A DNA stretch of 64,000 nucleotides from Antedon mediterranea (taxonomy: Eukaryota > Animalia > Echinodermata), in assembly GCF_964355755.1 (NCBI RefSeq), contig NC_092678.1, positions 15,481,881 to 15,545,880 of the forward strand. Direction: 5' to 3'. The notes below the pieces were generated by a model, which saw only the letters and a program-made list of their open reading frames with translations, had not been told where the DNA came from and did no database searches. Positions 10,400 through 23,624 of this stretch are shown here, piece by piece. How positions within the stretch are numbered: the first letter of the stretch is position 1; every line of letters starts with the position of its first letter. The position numbers and the translations under genes are program-made.

Positions 10400-11045
10400 A
10401 AGTCCCATTTCATCGTATGCAATATCCATATAAAGTCCAGTCTGGAAGAAAATATTTGTAAATTGTCAGAATGCACAGCAGTCACCAATAGGTATACTAT
10501 TATACCGCGACAAATTATATCGGCGATCTACGTTTTTTTGTAGATAAGTTTCTGAGGATGCGTAGAATGAATTTCTGACTGACTATTTCCTTGTGTTGAG
10601 CGCGTCATGAGAGCAGGGAGTTGTATCTCTCTCCTACGAAAGAAGGCCAACACACTGTGTTCTGGAAAAACCCGTCATATGGGTAGTCAATTTGTTCATT
10701 TATTGCGTTTTGCCGGTTTTCCATAATTTAAGGTCAAATCATAATTTTGCGTATAGTTTTATTTTTTCGTGTAGTACCCTATTTATCTTAATTTCCGTAT
10801 ACGTCCGTAATATTACGCAGGTAGCAGAGCAAATTTTGCTTCTTTCTGCTAATTTTCTATCATTCATTTCTTTGTTTTATTATTTTTTATTGTACAGTTT
10901 ATAATGGATAAATGAAAATGAATTTTGGAAATTTTGGTTTCAATTAACTGCGGATTTATTTAGCATTTAATTCAAAATAATACAATTTAAAGTTTTCCTC
11001 AATCTTCAGCTTTTTGTTATCTAACTTTTTTAAATCATTAATTGA
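10400..11045 (+). repeat. Diverged duplicate of about 19398-19965 (partial third copy near 22170-22310)
   Basis: Shared collinear blocks, for example GTCCCATTTCATCGTAT, AGTCTGGAAGA, ATGCGTAGAATGAATTTCTGA, CATGAGAGCAGGGAGTTGTATCTCTCTCCT and TTATTTAGCATTTAATTCAAAATAAT. Confidence 0.8.
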
Positions 11046-11322
11046 TAATCTATATATAAATTTACGTAAGGGCAAAATTCGGTAAATCGCGCCTTACTTC
11101 TAGAATTTTCACTCGATGGTATGTAAAGTTGGTTCGTACTTTCGGTACTGATTTTAACCGCCTGATGTAACCCTGTTTACTAATTAAATTGAGTTAGATA
11201 ATTAGTTATTGACGATTAAAACGAATTTAGGTTCAACGATTTGCCCCAAATAGGGGTGTTTTCCGATTGTGGTATACACTGTCTAATGGATGTCCATCTT
11301 GAAAAATACCCGCCAAAAAAAT

Positions 11323-12499
11323 GCGAGGAGGCTTCGCATTTTTCTATCTCCTCCTACGATAATTGTTTTTAATAGCTGAAAACCGGTTGAACAGCTAGAG
11401 TACACCATCATAATGTTGAAGACAGGCCGATTTTCTTTAAAAAATACTATTTTGATAGATTTAATATACGATTATACAAATGTATTGATTTGCGATGAAT
11501 GGAACATCCCAATCTCTCAGTCTGCCAGAGTTTGGTTTAACACAAGTACTGTAGGTAAATTTATGAGCCCTTGGTTTAACACATACGGTAGGTAAATATA
11601 TGGGCCCTTTGAGAATAAACTTGCAATACTTTGACAATACGGTAAATACCTATTAACTATTTTTCATTTGAATCGAACATTTCTTACTGTGAATGTTCGT
11701 ACTGTTAGATGTAATATAAAAATATATACAAATAAACTTTATTACTGAGACTGTGGATAGGCTCTACTGTTAGATATACAAATAAACTTTATACTGACAG
11801 TTCCTTCTCAACGTTTGTATTAATTAATAATTACCAAAAATATAAACGTCGTAGTGGTGTATCGTGACATGTACTTTACTATTTCAATCGATTATGACAG
11901 TGACAGTTTTAACAAAGTATTAAATCGCAAATGTTTTAGGCCTACTGTATTTAGAGGTATATTATTTATAGGCCTATAAAACATGAACAAAATATTTCGT
12001 TACTCAGTGGATAAAGAATATATTTAAAAATTGTTCCTCTTTGTACCTATCCGCTTTCCCATCCCTCAACCCTAATGTTACATAGCGAGGAGGCTTCGCA
12101 TTTTTCTATCTCCTCCTATACGATAATTGTTTTTAATAGCTGAAAACCGGTTGAACAGCTAGAGTACACCATCATAATGTTGAAGACAGGCCGATTTTCT
12201 TTAAAAAATACTATTTTGATAGATTGCTAGAGTACACCATCATAATGTTGAAGACAGGCCGATTTTCTTTAAAAAATACTATTTTGATAGATTTAATATA
12301 CGATTATACAAATGTATTGATTTGCGATGAATGGAACATCCCAATCTCTCAGTCTGCCAGAGTTTGGTTTAACCATGGAGGTACCTCCATGGTTTAACAC
12401 AAGTACTGTAGGTAAATTTATGAGCCCTTGGTTTAACCATGGAGGTTTAACACATACGGTAGGTAAATATATGGGCCCTTTGAGAATAAACTTGCAATA
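11323..12499 (+). repeat. Near-identical direct repeat (11323-11628 and 12085-12499)
   Basis: Both copies begin GCGAGGAGGCTTCGCATTTTTCTATC and end GAGAATAAACTTGCAATA. Copy 2 has an internal duplication of about 70 bp and two micro-insertions. Confidence 0.9.
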
Positions 12500-13268
12500 G
12501 GTTCGGAAAATGTTAAAAACCAATTTCTATTATTTGAATCGGTAAACAGTTTCCATTTATTATACATTGATAATGAAACATGAAATATTCCTATTTATGT
12601 CCCTCGAGGTTCATTACAATTTATATTTAGTAGTCCCACGGACTTCATCTTAGCCACTCCCCCGAGTGCTAAGGCCAAATTTATGATACCCTACTTTCTA
12701 TGTAAGTTTATGTGCTTATAAATTAAGACTCATGTTAACAGCTTGATTACATCATTTTACAGACAAACGAAACTTTTTTAAACCTACTGTTTCAATAACT
12801 GAGTATAATACTGTATACGTTTTCATAAGTAAGCGCATATACATTTTCGTGTTTTCATTGACGAGATTGTAATAGTAACTTCAGTAACTATTACAGTACT
12901 TATTTATTATACGACACAAGACAATTGTATCTGACAGGTACGTACATTATTCTAAAAAATAAGTCTAGATAGATCCCTTAGGCGTCATAAATCACAGGCC
13001 AACAAATCAGTACTCATGACAGAAATTCGACCCAGTTTGGTTCACACAAATGTTTACAGGAATTTCAACACCACAACCGATGATTTGCCCTAAATATTTA
13101 GGTAGACTACAGTTTAATTTTTCACTGAATAGGAGCTTGCATTTCCGATTTCCATTTCGCAGAATTTCTAGGTCTATTTATTTAGTTTGGTTCTTATAAT
13201 ATATAAATACAATCAACTTTATTACTGCGGTTCCATCACCACCACCACGTGCCGCCCAATTCCCGTAC

Positions 13269-14463
13269 GCGATTTTTTTTTTCGTACATAAGTTGGGGAC
13301 CCCCTCATGAAACGTCACAAAATAAACATGAATAATTCATCAGTTAAATTTTCTTGTTCCGTGTGCACCCAAGCGTATAGCAACAAGAAGTGATACACAA
13401 GTGCGGTACGATTCTAGGCCTATCTCCGCTGTTGAAGAATAGCGGCGTTTTGTGTGGATTGTCGAAATAATCGGCCTTTAGTTTATGGTGTTTTTAATAT
13501 AATTTATTAATAAAGAATTACGTGTTAAAATTATAGTTTCTATTAATACTATTAGGCCTAATTATTAGTCTCTAAACCCATGTCTATTCTAGTAGTAGCT
13601 GTGTGGATGTGTGTGACGTGTGTGTGTGTTAGGTATGACCAAAGATAGTAATACACTATCTTTGGTATGACACAATCCGAGTAATAAGTCAGCAAAATTA
13701 AACAATAAACATTACACAAAAATACATTTTTTATTCTCGTGGGTCAAATCTTCCCATCTCATGTGTTCATATACGCGCATTTTTAAAGTTCCTTTGAGTA
13801 CATTGCATATTGTTTGATAATTGATAGCAGAATTAAAAAAATACAGTACACAAATTATACACATTCTTTATTCTTGTGGGTCTAAGCTTTCTTTGGGCTA
13901 TGTCCAAGAACGCTTGGGTGCACACGGAACAACAACTGCGATACGATTCTTTCTACAATAATAGGCCTAGGATTCTAGGTCAATTCACGTGATTGCCTTC
14001 GCGCACTCTTCTTCACACACACGTCCACTATGCAAAATGTGTCGAGGCTAATCGACAGCTAGGCAAAACATTAAACTAATAAGTAGTAATTGGACATAGC
14101 CCAAAGACACAAGTCACACACACCCACACAGCTACTACTAGAATATACAGGGGTTTAGAGACTAGTAGTAATTAGGCCTAATAGTATCAATAGAAACTAT
14201 AATTTTAACACGTAATTCTTTAGTAATAAACTATATTAAAAACACCATAAACTAAAGGCTGATTATTTCGACAATCCACACAAAACTCCGCTATTCTATT
14301 ATGAAATCAGCGGAGATAGGCCTAGAATCGTTGTGTAATCACTTCTTGTTGCTATACGCTTGGGTGCACACGGAACAAGAAAATTTAACTGATGAATTAT
14401 TCATGTTTATTTTGTGACGTTTCATGATGGGGTCCCCAACTTATGTACGAAAAAAAAAATCGC
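13269..14463. mobile_element. Non-autonomous MULE foldback element, copy 2 (inverted relative to copy 1)
   Basis: Same TIRs as 7732-8963. 9-bp TSD TTCCCGTAC at 13260-13268 and 14464-14472. Confidence 0.9.
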
Positions 14464-15207
14464 TTCCCGTACATACATTTCCATTTCTCCCTAATTTCTT
14501 TAATCCACATAAATTAATTGTCCTTTATGGAATCCAGTATTGGTTTTGTTGTCTCTATTTCTGAATACCCCAATTAGGGGGACACTTCCGTTTTTGTTTA
14601 GTGTCCCAAAAAAGTCCCCGTCCGTGGATTCTACTGTATTCGAGAACCATCTGTGAGCACCCCTAGATGGTTCGCGAGCGAAGCGAGCGTGCCATCTAGT
14701 AATAATTAATTTACATTAATTAATTATAGTTATTATAATTTATTACTGTACCAGAAGTACCTTCATCGGGAATTATCCTTGACATTCGCATTGAAGGCAA
14801 AATACTGATATCATATTGTTAGTCACGTGTATTTTCAGCTAAAATGTATTCGTGATTTTATTTCATCTCTGGCTTGTTACATTAACCTTACAGACCGGAC
14901 TTCCAAATCCTTTTACTTTAAAAATATTCGCCCCATTCAATAAATACGAGGAGTTCCTTTTTGGTTTTATGAAAATCATAATGCATTTGATTTTAATATA
15001 CAACTCCATTAAATTAGATTTACAAATTGAATTGAAAGATAGATTTTTCAGTTCACATTTATTTTATAGACACAGTTAAAATCCTAATTATCTAACAAAC
15101 TTTTTTTTAAATGTATCTTAACAATTTGCAAATTTACTGTACACAGAAAAAAAAAGGACTATTAAGCAATCGTTAAGTAGTATGTACTATTGCACAACAT
15201 GTGACCC

Positions 15208-15262
15208 ACAATTGTCCATTCACATGACAGGAATTATTCCTGTCATGTGAATGGACAATTGT
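15208..15262. repeat. Perfect palindrome with 27-bp arms
   Basis: ACAATTGTCCATTCACATGACAGGAAT-T-ATTCCTGTCATGTGAATGGACAATTGT. Confidence 0.95.
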
Positions 15263-17789
15263 TTCCATATTAAATATATGGAAATGGCAAACAGATTTCG
15301 ATTTGGGTATGGGAATCATAATAACCCATTTAGGCGTACATTTTAAGCAACGTTAAATAGTATGTACTATTGCATGACATTACTCAAAAATCTTCTCAAC
15401 ACTGTATTGTATTCTATACCGGGTCTCTGTTTTGGTTTTTTTAAAAATAGAAACCCCTTCCCAAATAAAGTTCACAGTATTATGTTCAAGAGGGTGGTGT
15501 TACTGTGAAATTATGAAAACTGAGATTCTTACTAAAAATTATCAATATTGTATTTTAGGTGGAGTCTTTTGTTTTCAATATTACTTAAAAACATAGACCC
15601 CCAATAAACTGTCAATATTATATCATTTATTTAGTACAGTAAGTAGGGGGAGCAAGCTGGTTTCTCCCTAGGACATTTTCCATTGCACATTTTTCCATGG
15701 ACATTTTCCACAGGAAATTTTTCCCCCGAACATCTACTACTGGGTTTTCCGCCGGCATCAAATGGGGGAAACCATCTCTGTTATCAAGATTTATTGAAAA
15801 CAAAGACGCCATTAACATTTTTCTAAGTGTGTTTTAGAGGAAGAGGTCTCGTCTCTGCTTACGATGAATTGTAAAAGCACTACACAATATTGTGTTTTAG
15901 AAGATGGTCTCTGTTAATAGACAGACAGTTTTGTCCTGTTTTGGATCAGTTTAACCTCAAATTTTGAGTGTTTCTATTTAAATTCCTTAATTCCGTACCA
16001 TGACAATATTATAGGCAAAATACATTTTTACTAAAAATATAATTCTTGAAAAATTGTAATTTTGGATAACAAAATCAAAAATTACCATTTTCACCGAAAA
16101 ACTTTACAATTTCAGCATGTAAAACATATCATGTTTGGTATCATTAGATAGATAATTAGAATTGCTATTTGATAACATATGTTACATCAGTCATAAGTTT
16201 TTATTTAAATGCCTGTAATTCAGTACCAAATAACGTTTCAGTTTTTATATTGTAAATTTTACATAACTATATTATAGGCAAAATATTTGTAAAATATGGC
16301 ATTAAGTTATATTTTTACTAAAATATAATTATTGAAAAATTTAAATTTTGGATAAAATTTTAATTTTCACACAAAAACTATACCATGTTTACATGTAAAC
16401 ATATTAAGTTTCATTAGATAGATAATTTAAATAGCTTTTATATATGATAGTTTGATAAAATATGTTATACCAGTCATAAGTTATATCTAAAAAAGTGACT
16501 AATACCAACTTTGAAATATTTGACCTCTAATGACCCCTAAATAATATGTTATGTTCCACGAACCAGATCTTGGTATATTTTGAAAAGAAAGTGTCCTACT
16601 AGATATTGAATCAGATAAAAAAGGATTGAAAACTATTGCAATTTGTTTTGGGTTACCCCCTTTTTTTTCATAGATTGCCTAGGCTCGTGTATGTAATACG
16701 TCATTTACAAATTTCCTACGCATAGAAGTGTTTCTAGCGCCATCACATATTACCTCTAATGGATCGAGCATTCACACATGAACTTTGCATCAACAAAAAC
16801 ATTCATTTGCCATTTATCATGAATTTTACGTACTATTTACGGCCATCTAGGGGTGTCATTGAACAATTCGCTTCGACACAGGCCACACGATGTGGACTGT
16901 GGCTCAAATACTCAGTGAACAGCCCTGGATTCTTTGGGCAACTCTATTTAAAAATAGTCCTGCGACCGCCCCTGGTGACAGACAACTGCTCAACGTCAGT
17001 CCATTACAGGCTGCAGAGAAGGCAAAACTGAATACATCAATGGGTACCGGTTAGACCAAGACACAACGTTGCGCTGATCACTAGCTGTATTATTATGGGA
17101 GTATGTTTCCATACTTGTTTGATCCAAACAATGACCTGGGTAATAATGTGCAGCATAACTCTGAGAGCTTGCCTTAATTATATGCGCTATAAGAATGAAC
17201 AATTAATTAATTTGTATTATCAACAATGGCGTCGTCTATTAAATCTCTCATGTTAAATATCTTCACGAGAAGAATTTCCTTAATGTGTTATTATCCTAGA
17301 AGTTGTAAATGTACAAAAAAAAATAATAATAGATAGATAGATTGATTGATTGATTTCTATAGCGCAAATAAACGATGTCTCTATGCGCTCGACAATAAAG
17401 AAAAATAGTGGAAACCAAAAGAAAAAGAACAAAAAGACAAAAACACCAAGCAACCAACCTAACCGGAGTATGGGGATACATCATCACCGCTAACTGCGGA
17501 TCAGTGTGTAAGTACCCCAGGCAAGACAAGCAAAAATAAAACAAGGATTACAACGATGTTTGAATGCCTTTTGTTATAGCTTCTTGGTTAGTCTTTCTGA
17601 TGATGTTTATTTAAAACGCGCATGAATAAGTATTCATCCTTCCATGTTAATTGGCAACAAATGCTGTATGTTGTTTTCTTAAAAACTTGAATGAAGTTGG
17701 GTTGTCAAAGGCAAATTGTTGTTACATTATTTGAGCCTTTTCAATTTTCATAACTCGAAGTCACCACTTGTTACTTGTATTCTTGTGCT

Positions 17790-18535
17790 CACTTTATAAA
17801 CTCGGTAAAATCATATAGATTGTGGATCGAAATTATGAATCTATTAAAGGTAATGTAGCTTCTTTTTTTTTATTTATCAGAATATCTTTAAAAAAACATG
17901 CTGAGCACTTATGGTTCTGGTGGTTTGCATTGTAACATGAACGACGTGGCCTTATTAGAGTTTGAGCAATCTCAAGTATACGCATTTACATTTTACATAT
18001 ACTAAAACGCTGTCTGATTTTTTTTCTTAATCTATGTTTAAGTTATGCTGGTAAAATGTTATCTTTACCGCGTTTAACAACTTAATTTTCAACGAATAAA
18101 TCTAAAACATGTGAAATGCAATCGGCACGTCGATACGCATCAAAATTGTCACAGATTTTTACCCATAACGTATATTAAGCATACGGATGTTGCCCTGCTT
18201 ATTTGGTTAAGTATGACGTACTTTATACCCCTAACGTTAAGAGTTTGCTGGTGATGATGTGTCGTCAATGGCTTAGCCTTATTCATTTTTTAGATTCAAA
18301 TCGGATTTATATAATATGTTTTAAATTAGACGAAGCTTCGGGTTGAACGATGAAATGAAACTAAAACAATCCGCAGCAACAGTACCAAGCTTAATATCTC
18401 AGAGGGAACAAATTATAACTCTCTTAGAGGCTACAGTATCAATCAAACATAAGTATCATGATAGGAGAAATATTTGCCTTGGAGCTCATTTTTTCATGGA
18501 CAAAAAGGCTTAAGGCAAAGTCTGTCTAATACGGT
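17790..18535 (+). repeat. Diverged segmental duplicate of about 51040-53260
   Basis: Collinear shared blocks include CTCGGTAAAATCATA, TTATGAATCTATTAAAGGTAATGTAGC, GTATGACGTAC, CGAAGCTTC, TCCGCAGCAACA, TTGCCTTGGAGCTCATT and GTCTGTCTAATACGGT. The second copy is interrupted by Academ and Kolobok insertions. Confidence 0.85.
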
Positions 18536-20069
18536 TCACCTGAGATTCGGAAACAGAAACAAAAAGTTACAATATAAAGCAATATGGCACCAGGACTTTT
18601 TAATGTCTCTACGGTGTCTCCAAATTAACTAAAACATACAATATAGTCTAGGACAAAAATCTGGAAAGATGCTTAGAAACCATAAAATACATGGCATTTG
18701 TAAATTACACTTAGTACTTATGAATTGATTGAATGAGAATTAACTATGATACAAACTATTGGTAACACCTTTACCAATTTGAGAAGCAAATTCCAGATTT
18801 TCGATTTAATGAACTGATAAATTAGGCAACCATTTTGAAAAACGTTAGCTACTGTGGATTTAATCCTAAATAAAACTTTAACAATTTAGGTTATCAAACA
18901 AATTATTTAAATTTTTTTATTATAGATTTAATGGATTCCTAGCCTGAAAAAAAACATGATTATTTATCTAGATTAATTATTTCCGCTTTTAAGCAGTTTT
19001 TACAATTATCTTTTAACATAATCATATATATTATAAATCTGAAGAACATGCCTTTACAAACCAAAATCGTGAATTTACCATATTTAGATTATAAGAACAT
19101 CTGGTATAAAATTGGTCTCCATTTTGAAAAATGGCCGCCATTTTAATACGAGGCAAAAACTTGTCAAATTGGTTGGATTCCGTGTCTGAAGTGCATGTGT
19201 TAGAAACCAAGATTGTGTATCTACTGATTTTATGCACATTTTATATAAAATTGGCAGCCAATTTGGAATCCGGAAATTCTGTCGTCTTAACTCCGCTCCG
19301 CTCACTCCACTCCGCTCACTTTGTTAAAGCTCATGCAGGGCCCGGGCAACACCCTTATTTCATACTAAATGTTGTTTCTGCCACTAAATTAAAAGTGAGT
19401 CCCATTTCATCGTATACAATATCCATATTTATACTTTCTAGACGTCCAGTCTGGAAGAGCATATTTGTAAATTGGCCGAATGCACAGGCCTAATATACCG
19501 CGCACAGAGATAAGTGTAGATACATTCCTGAGCATGCGTAGAATGAATTTCTGATTGACTTGTTGCTTGTGGTACGCGCTCCATGAGAGCAGGGAGTTGT
19601 ATCTCTCTCCTGCGAAAGAGGACCGACACATACTGTGTTCGGGAAAAACCCATCATATGGGTCGTTAATTTGTTCATAATTATTGCGTTTTTTCTATAAT
19701 TTAAGAGCAAATCATAATTTTGCGTAGGCCTATAGTTTTGTTTGTTCGTTCTTTCTGCAAATTTCCTATAATTAATTTATTTGTTTTATATTTATTATTT
19801 ATTGTACAGTTTATAGTGGATAAATGAATTTTTAAAATTGTGGTTTTAATTAACTGCTGACTTATTTAGCATTTAATTCAAAATAATACAATTTAACGTT
19901 TTCCTCAATATTTATAGCAGCAGCTTCATATTTGTTGTCTAACTTTTTAAAACCAATAATTGATAATAATAATTAATTTACATTAATTAATAGTATTTTA
20001 TTTATTACCGTACCAGAAGTACCGCATTGACGGCAAAAAAAAAAAATAAATTAGTTTGTGTGTTATCTA

Positions 20070-20898
20070 AACAAGGCCAACAGCCATTAAGTCGCGTGCT
20101 ACAATACATGGTGATACCAGACCGACAGACCGAAAGACGGACAGACAGACCGACAGACCGACAGACAGACCAACCGACCAATCTACCAACTGACCGAAAT
20201 TACTGAACATGTTTAAAAATGTTGAAATGTTTAAAAACATTTATATATTTTTAATTTACACGTGCGTAGCCTGTCACTTTTGACGTGCTCGTATAACGTA
20301 ATTTCGAGTTGAAAAGTAAGTCAAGAAAACATAAATCGGGCAAAAAGAGTGCGCAATAACATTTAACGCGCAGTGCGCACGCAAAAATCTGCGCACTCAT
20401 GGCAATTTTGTAAACGCTTAAAATTGCCTGAAACGTACTCTTATTTCATCGAAAATAAATTTTGAAAATTTTAAGCGCACGTACGCATGCGTTACATGCG
20501 CTACGCACGTAATTGTATTGCCATATGATGATTTATGCCCTGAAATTTATGAGTACCAAATTTTATTTAATTGTGATTCATGGTTGTGAAGATATGATTA
20601 CAAACGTGATTTCGTTAAATCGTGCGTATACCGCGTAATTTTTTATTGCACACCGTGAAAACATAACCACATCGATACCTGGCCATAAGGAATATACTGT
20701 GAAAAATTGACTTAGCTAGATTAAACTGATATCAAGATAAGGTCAGAAAGCGATAAAACGCATAGTGATACCGGACCGACAGACAGACAGACCGACAGGC
20801 CGACAGACAGACAGACCGACAGACAGACCGACAGACAGACCGACAGACAGACCGACCGACATAGTGAACTATAGAGTCGCGTCCACGCGACTAAAAAT
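20070..20898 (+). mobile_element. Helentron-associated non-autonomous element (HINE/DINE-1-like)
   Basis: Starts AACAAGGCC...AGTCGCGTGC, contains internal (GACA/GACC)n microsatellites, and ends in the hairpin AGTCGCGT-CC-ACGCGACT plus an A-run. Related copies lie at 25139-25270 (inverted) and 61951-62015. Confidence 0.65.
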
Positions 20899-23624
20899 GG
20901 TCACCTTTAACATTTAGGGGAGGTGGTACTTGGTATACTTAGTCATAAGTGCAGGACATTTTTTCATTGTCAATTTAACGACCTTCACACCCAAAATATT
21001 TCTTTGCAGCAAAATTGATTTAAAAAATCCTCCGCTTCATCACTGCATGAATACCTAATAACCAGACAAGAACGTATCTTTGTTACGTTTTACTATAGAT
21101 CCATTTTCATATAAGGCAATCCGTTTTTCAACAATGTAATATAATAATAACATTTCGATTAAATCGTTAGGAATTAGCTACAGTGTCGACTGAATAAAGC
21201 ATTGGTAATTTACTGAAAATCCAAAATGAACTTGTGTTATAATACAAACAAAAATATTTAATAAAAAAGAAACATGAGAAATATATATATAGGCCACAAA
21301 AAAATAAAAAGATGTCGGTCGATAAACGTCTGATGACGAATAAAACACCGACAATCAGTTAAATGTATTCGTGATTTATTTCATCTCTGGCTTGTTACAT
21401 TATCATGACACATTACCGGACTTCACACTCCTCTCGCAACGAACATCAGTACAGATCTTCCCTATTATAGCTACGTCATTCACAAATTACCCACGCATAG
21501 CAGTGCTAATAGCGCCATCACAGATTACTTCTAATGGATCAAGAATTCACATATGAACATTGCTTAAAAAAAAAATCATGAACAAACGAAATATAGCCTA
21601 TATTCATTCTTTTTAAATATTAGGCATATTTCCAAGGCCAATACTCGATTTGTCCATACTTATTGCGTTGTTCCCGGGGTTTTCTATAATCTAAGGCCAA
21701 TTTTTATAGTACAGGAAAGATAAGCTCAGAATCAGTAAAAGGTTGAATAGATTTTAAGTTTGTATAATTCTATTGTTGTGACAGTACAAAATTAAATGAA
21801 CTGTTTTATTAGACACCGTAGTCCTGCATTAATGCATAGGACTACGTTTTCTATTATTATAACCGTGGTGATATCTTGATACTTAAATGTGTGTTTTGCT
21901 GCCAAATAGCACTTAAATTAATATGCATATTGCAGTTGAAATGTAAAAAGCATTATAAAACCTGCTATCAAGTGGTAATTAGATGTACAATATATGTTTT
22001 TGTTCATTTTTAGAAATTTTTCGCCATTGGCAGCCATTTTGTTTAAAAAAACCTATTTCCTAGATTTTTAGTATGTCCATATATGGACCTTATAGAAATG
22101 CATTGTGGTGGAAAAAATTCTGTTGCAATTTTTCCTGTACTATTAGGCCAAATCATAAACAACACTTTTGTAAAATATATAGTGGATATATAATGAATTT
22201 TTTGAAATTGTGGTTTTAAAATCTGACTTTATTTAGCATTTAATTCAAAATAATCAATATATTTATAGCAGCAGATTCATATTTTTTATATAACTTTTTA
22301 AAATTATTAATTAGAATGTATTACCGTACTAGAAGTACCTTCATCAGGGATTTCCCCGTGACGTTAGCAATGAACGAAAAAAAATGTTATCCTATATTGT
22401 TAGTCGGGTATGTTTTGTTACCGGCCAAATAATATAGGCTACAGTTCTCTGTTTGCTAGTAGCGCACTATAGAGTGAGTAACATTTCCGGCGAACTAGAA
22501 GTGCAATTTATCATGAGTTTTACGTGCGAAAGTACCATTTGCGACAATCTAGGGGTTTCATTTAACAATTTGCTTGCTCAAATACTCACCCAGTGTCTAC
22601 AGCCTTGGAATCTTTGGGGAACAGTCCTGCGACCGCTCCTGTCATGCAAAAATGATTCATTAGCACCGTTCTGTGACTTCCCGTCGTGTTTTGTGAAGTC
22701 CCTAATATTGTTCAAATGAACATCATATCCAAGGTCTACCAAAATCGGACATGTGGATTACAAGTAAATATAATTGTGATATTAAACATTCTAATTAGCA
22801 TATTTAAATTTTTATATGACGTACCTATGACGCCATATGGTAGTTGTGACGTCATATACTTTTTTTAACTGCTTTGAAAATGACATTCTACTTTGCAAAC
22901 AATTTAGTATCTGCAGGAAAGTTTCTTAACATTTTCTTGTTGAAATGAACATCATTTCCAAAGTTTACCAAAATCGGACGAAGTGGGTAAATAATCATAA
23001 ATTCAAAATAGCCGCATATTTACTATACCATTTTGAAGCTCCGTATCTCCTTAACGGTTGGTTTTGGATCACCTAAGTGCATTGTGACTATAGATACAAA
23101 TGTAATTTTAAACCTTCCAAAAACGTGTTTTTCCGTAGTAATTTTTTAAAACACACAAATGGCCTAATTCATGCTCTAAACTAATCAAACTTAATGTTGA
23201 GCTTTTTAATTGTTAACGAGCAAATTCACGTGCATGATTTTGAAACGCGTTTTTATTTGCTAATAGTTTTACCCTTCACTTGAAGTTTACATTTTATAGT
23301 GAATTTTATTGATATTTTATGACAAGTTATGCAGATAAGATTGATAATGTGATTTCACAAAATGGCGTATAAATGACGTCACGGATGAGTGATCACACTG
23401 AAAAGCTTAATAGGATTAAGTTAAATTGTTTGAAAGATATTGTGAAATGTGTGTGATCATTGAAATTTAACTTTTTGAGATAATTGTTACACAAAAAGTG
23501 TACAGTGTACCGCTTGAAAACTATTTCCAGGGTTTTCCGTCACATCCTGACTATTCATGTATTGATTCAGGCCCTCTATAGTTTCTGCCTTAACCTAATA
23601 GGAAAATATATAATAATGCGGTCG

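Noticed and set aside
14655-14705. Helitron 3' end (GCGAGCGAAGCGAGC..CTAGT)
   Set aside because: Only a short motif is present and no 5' end can be defined.
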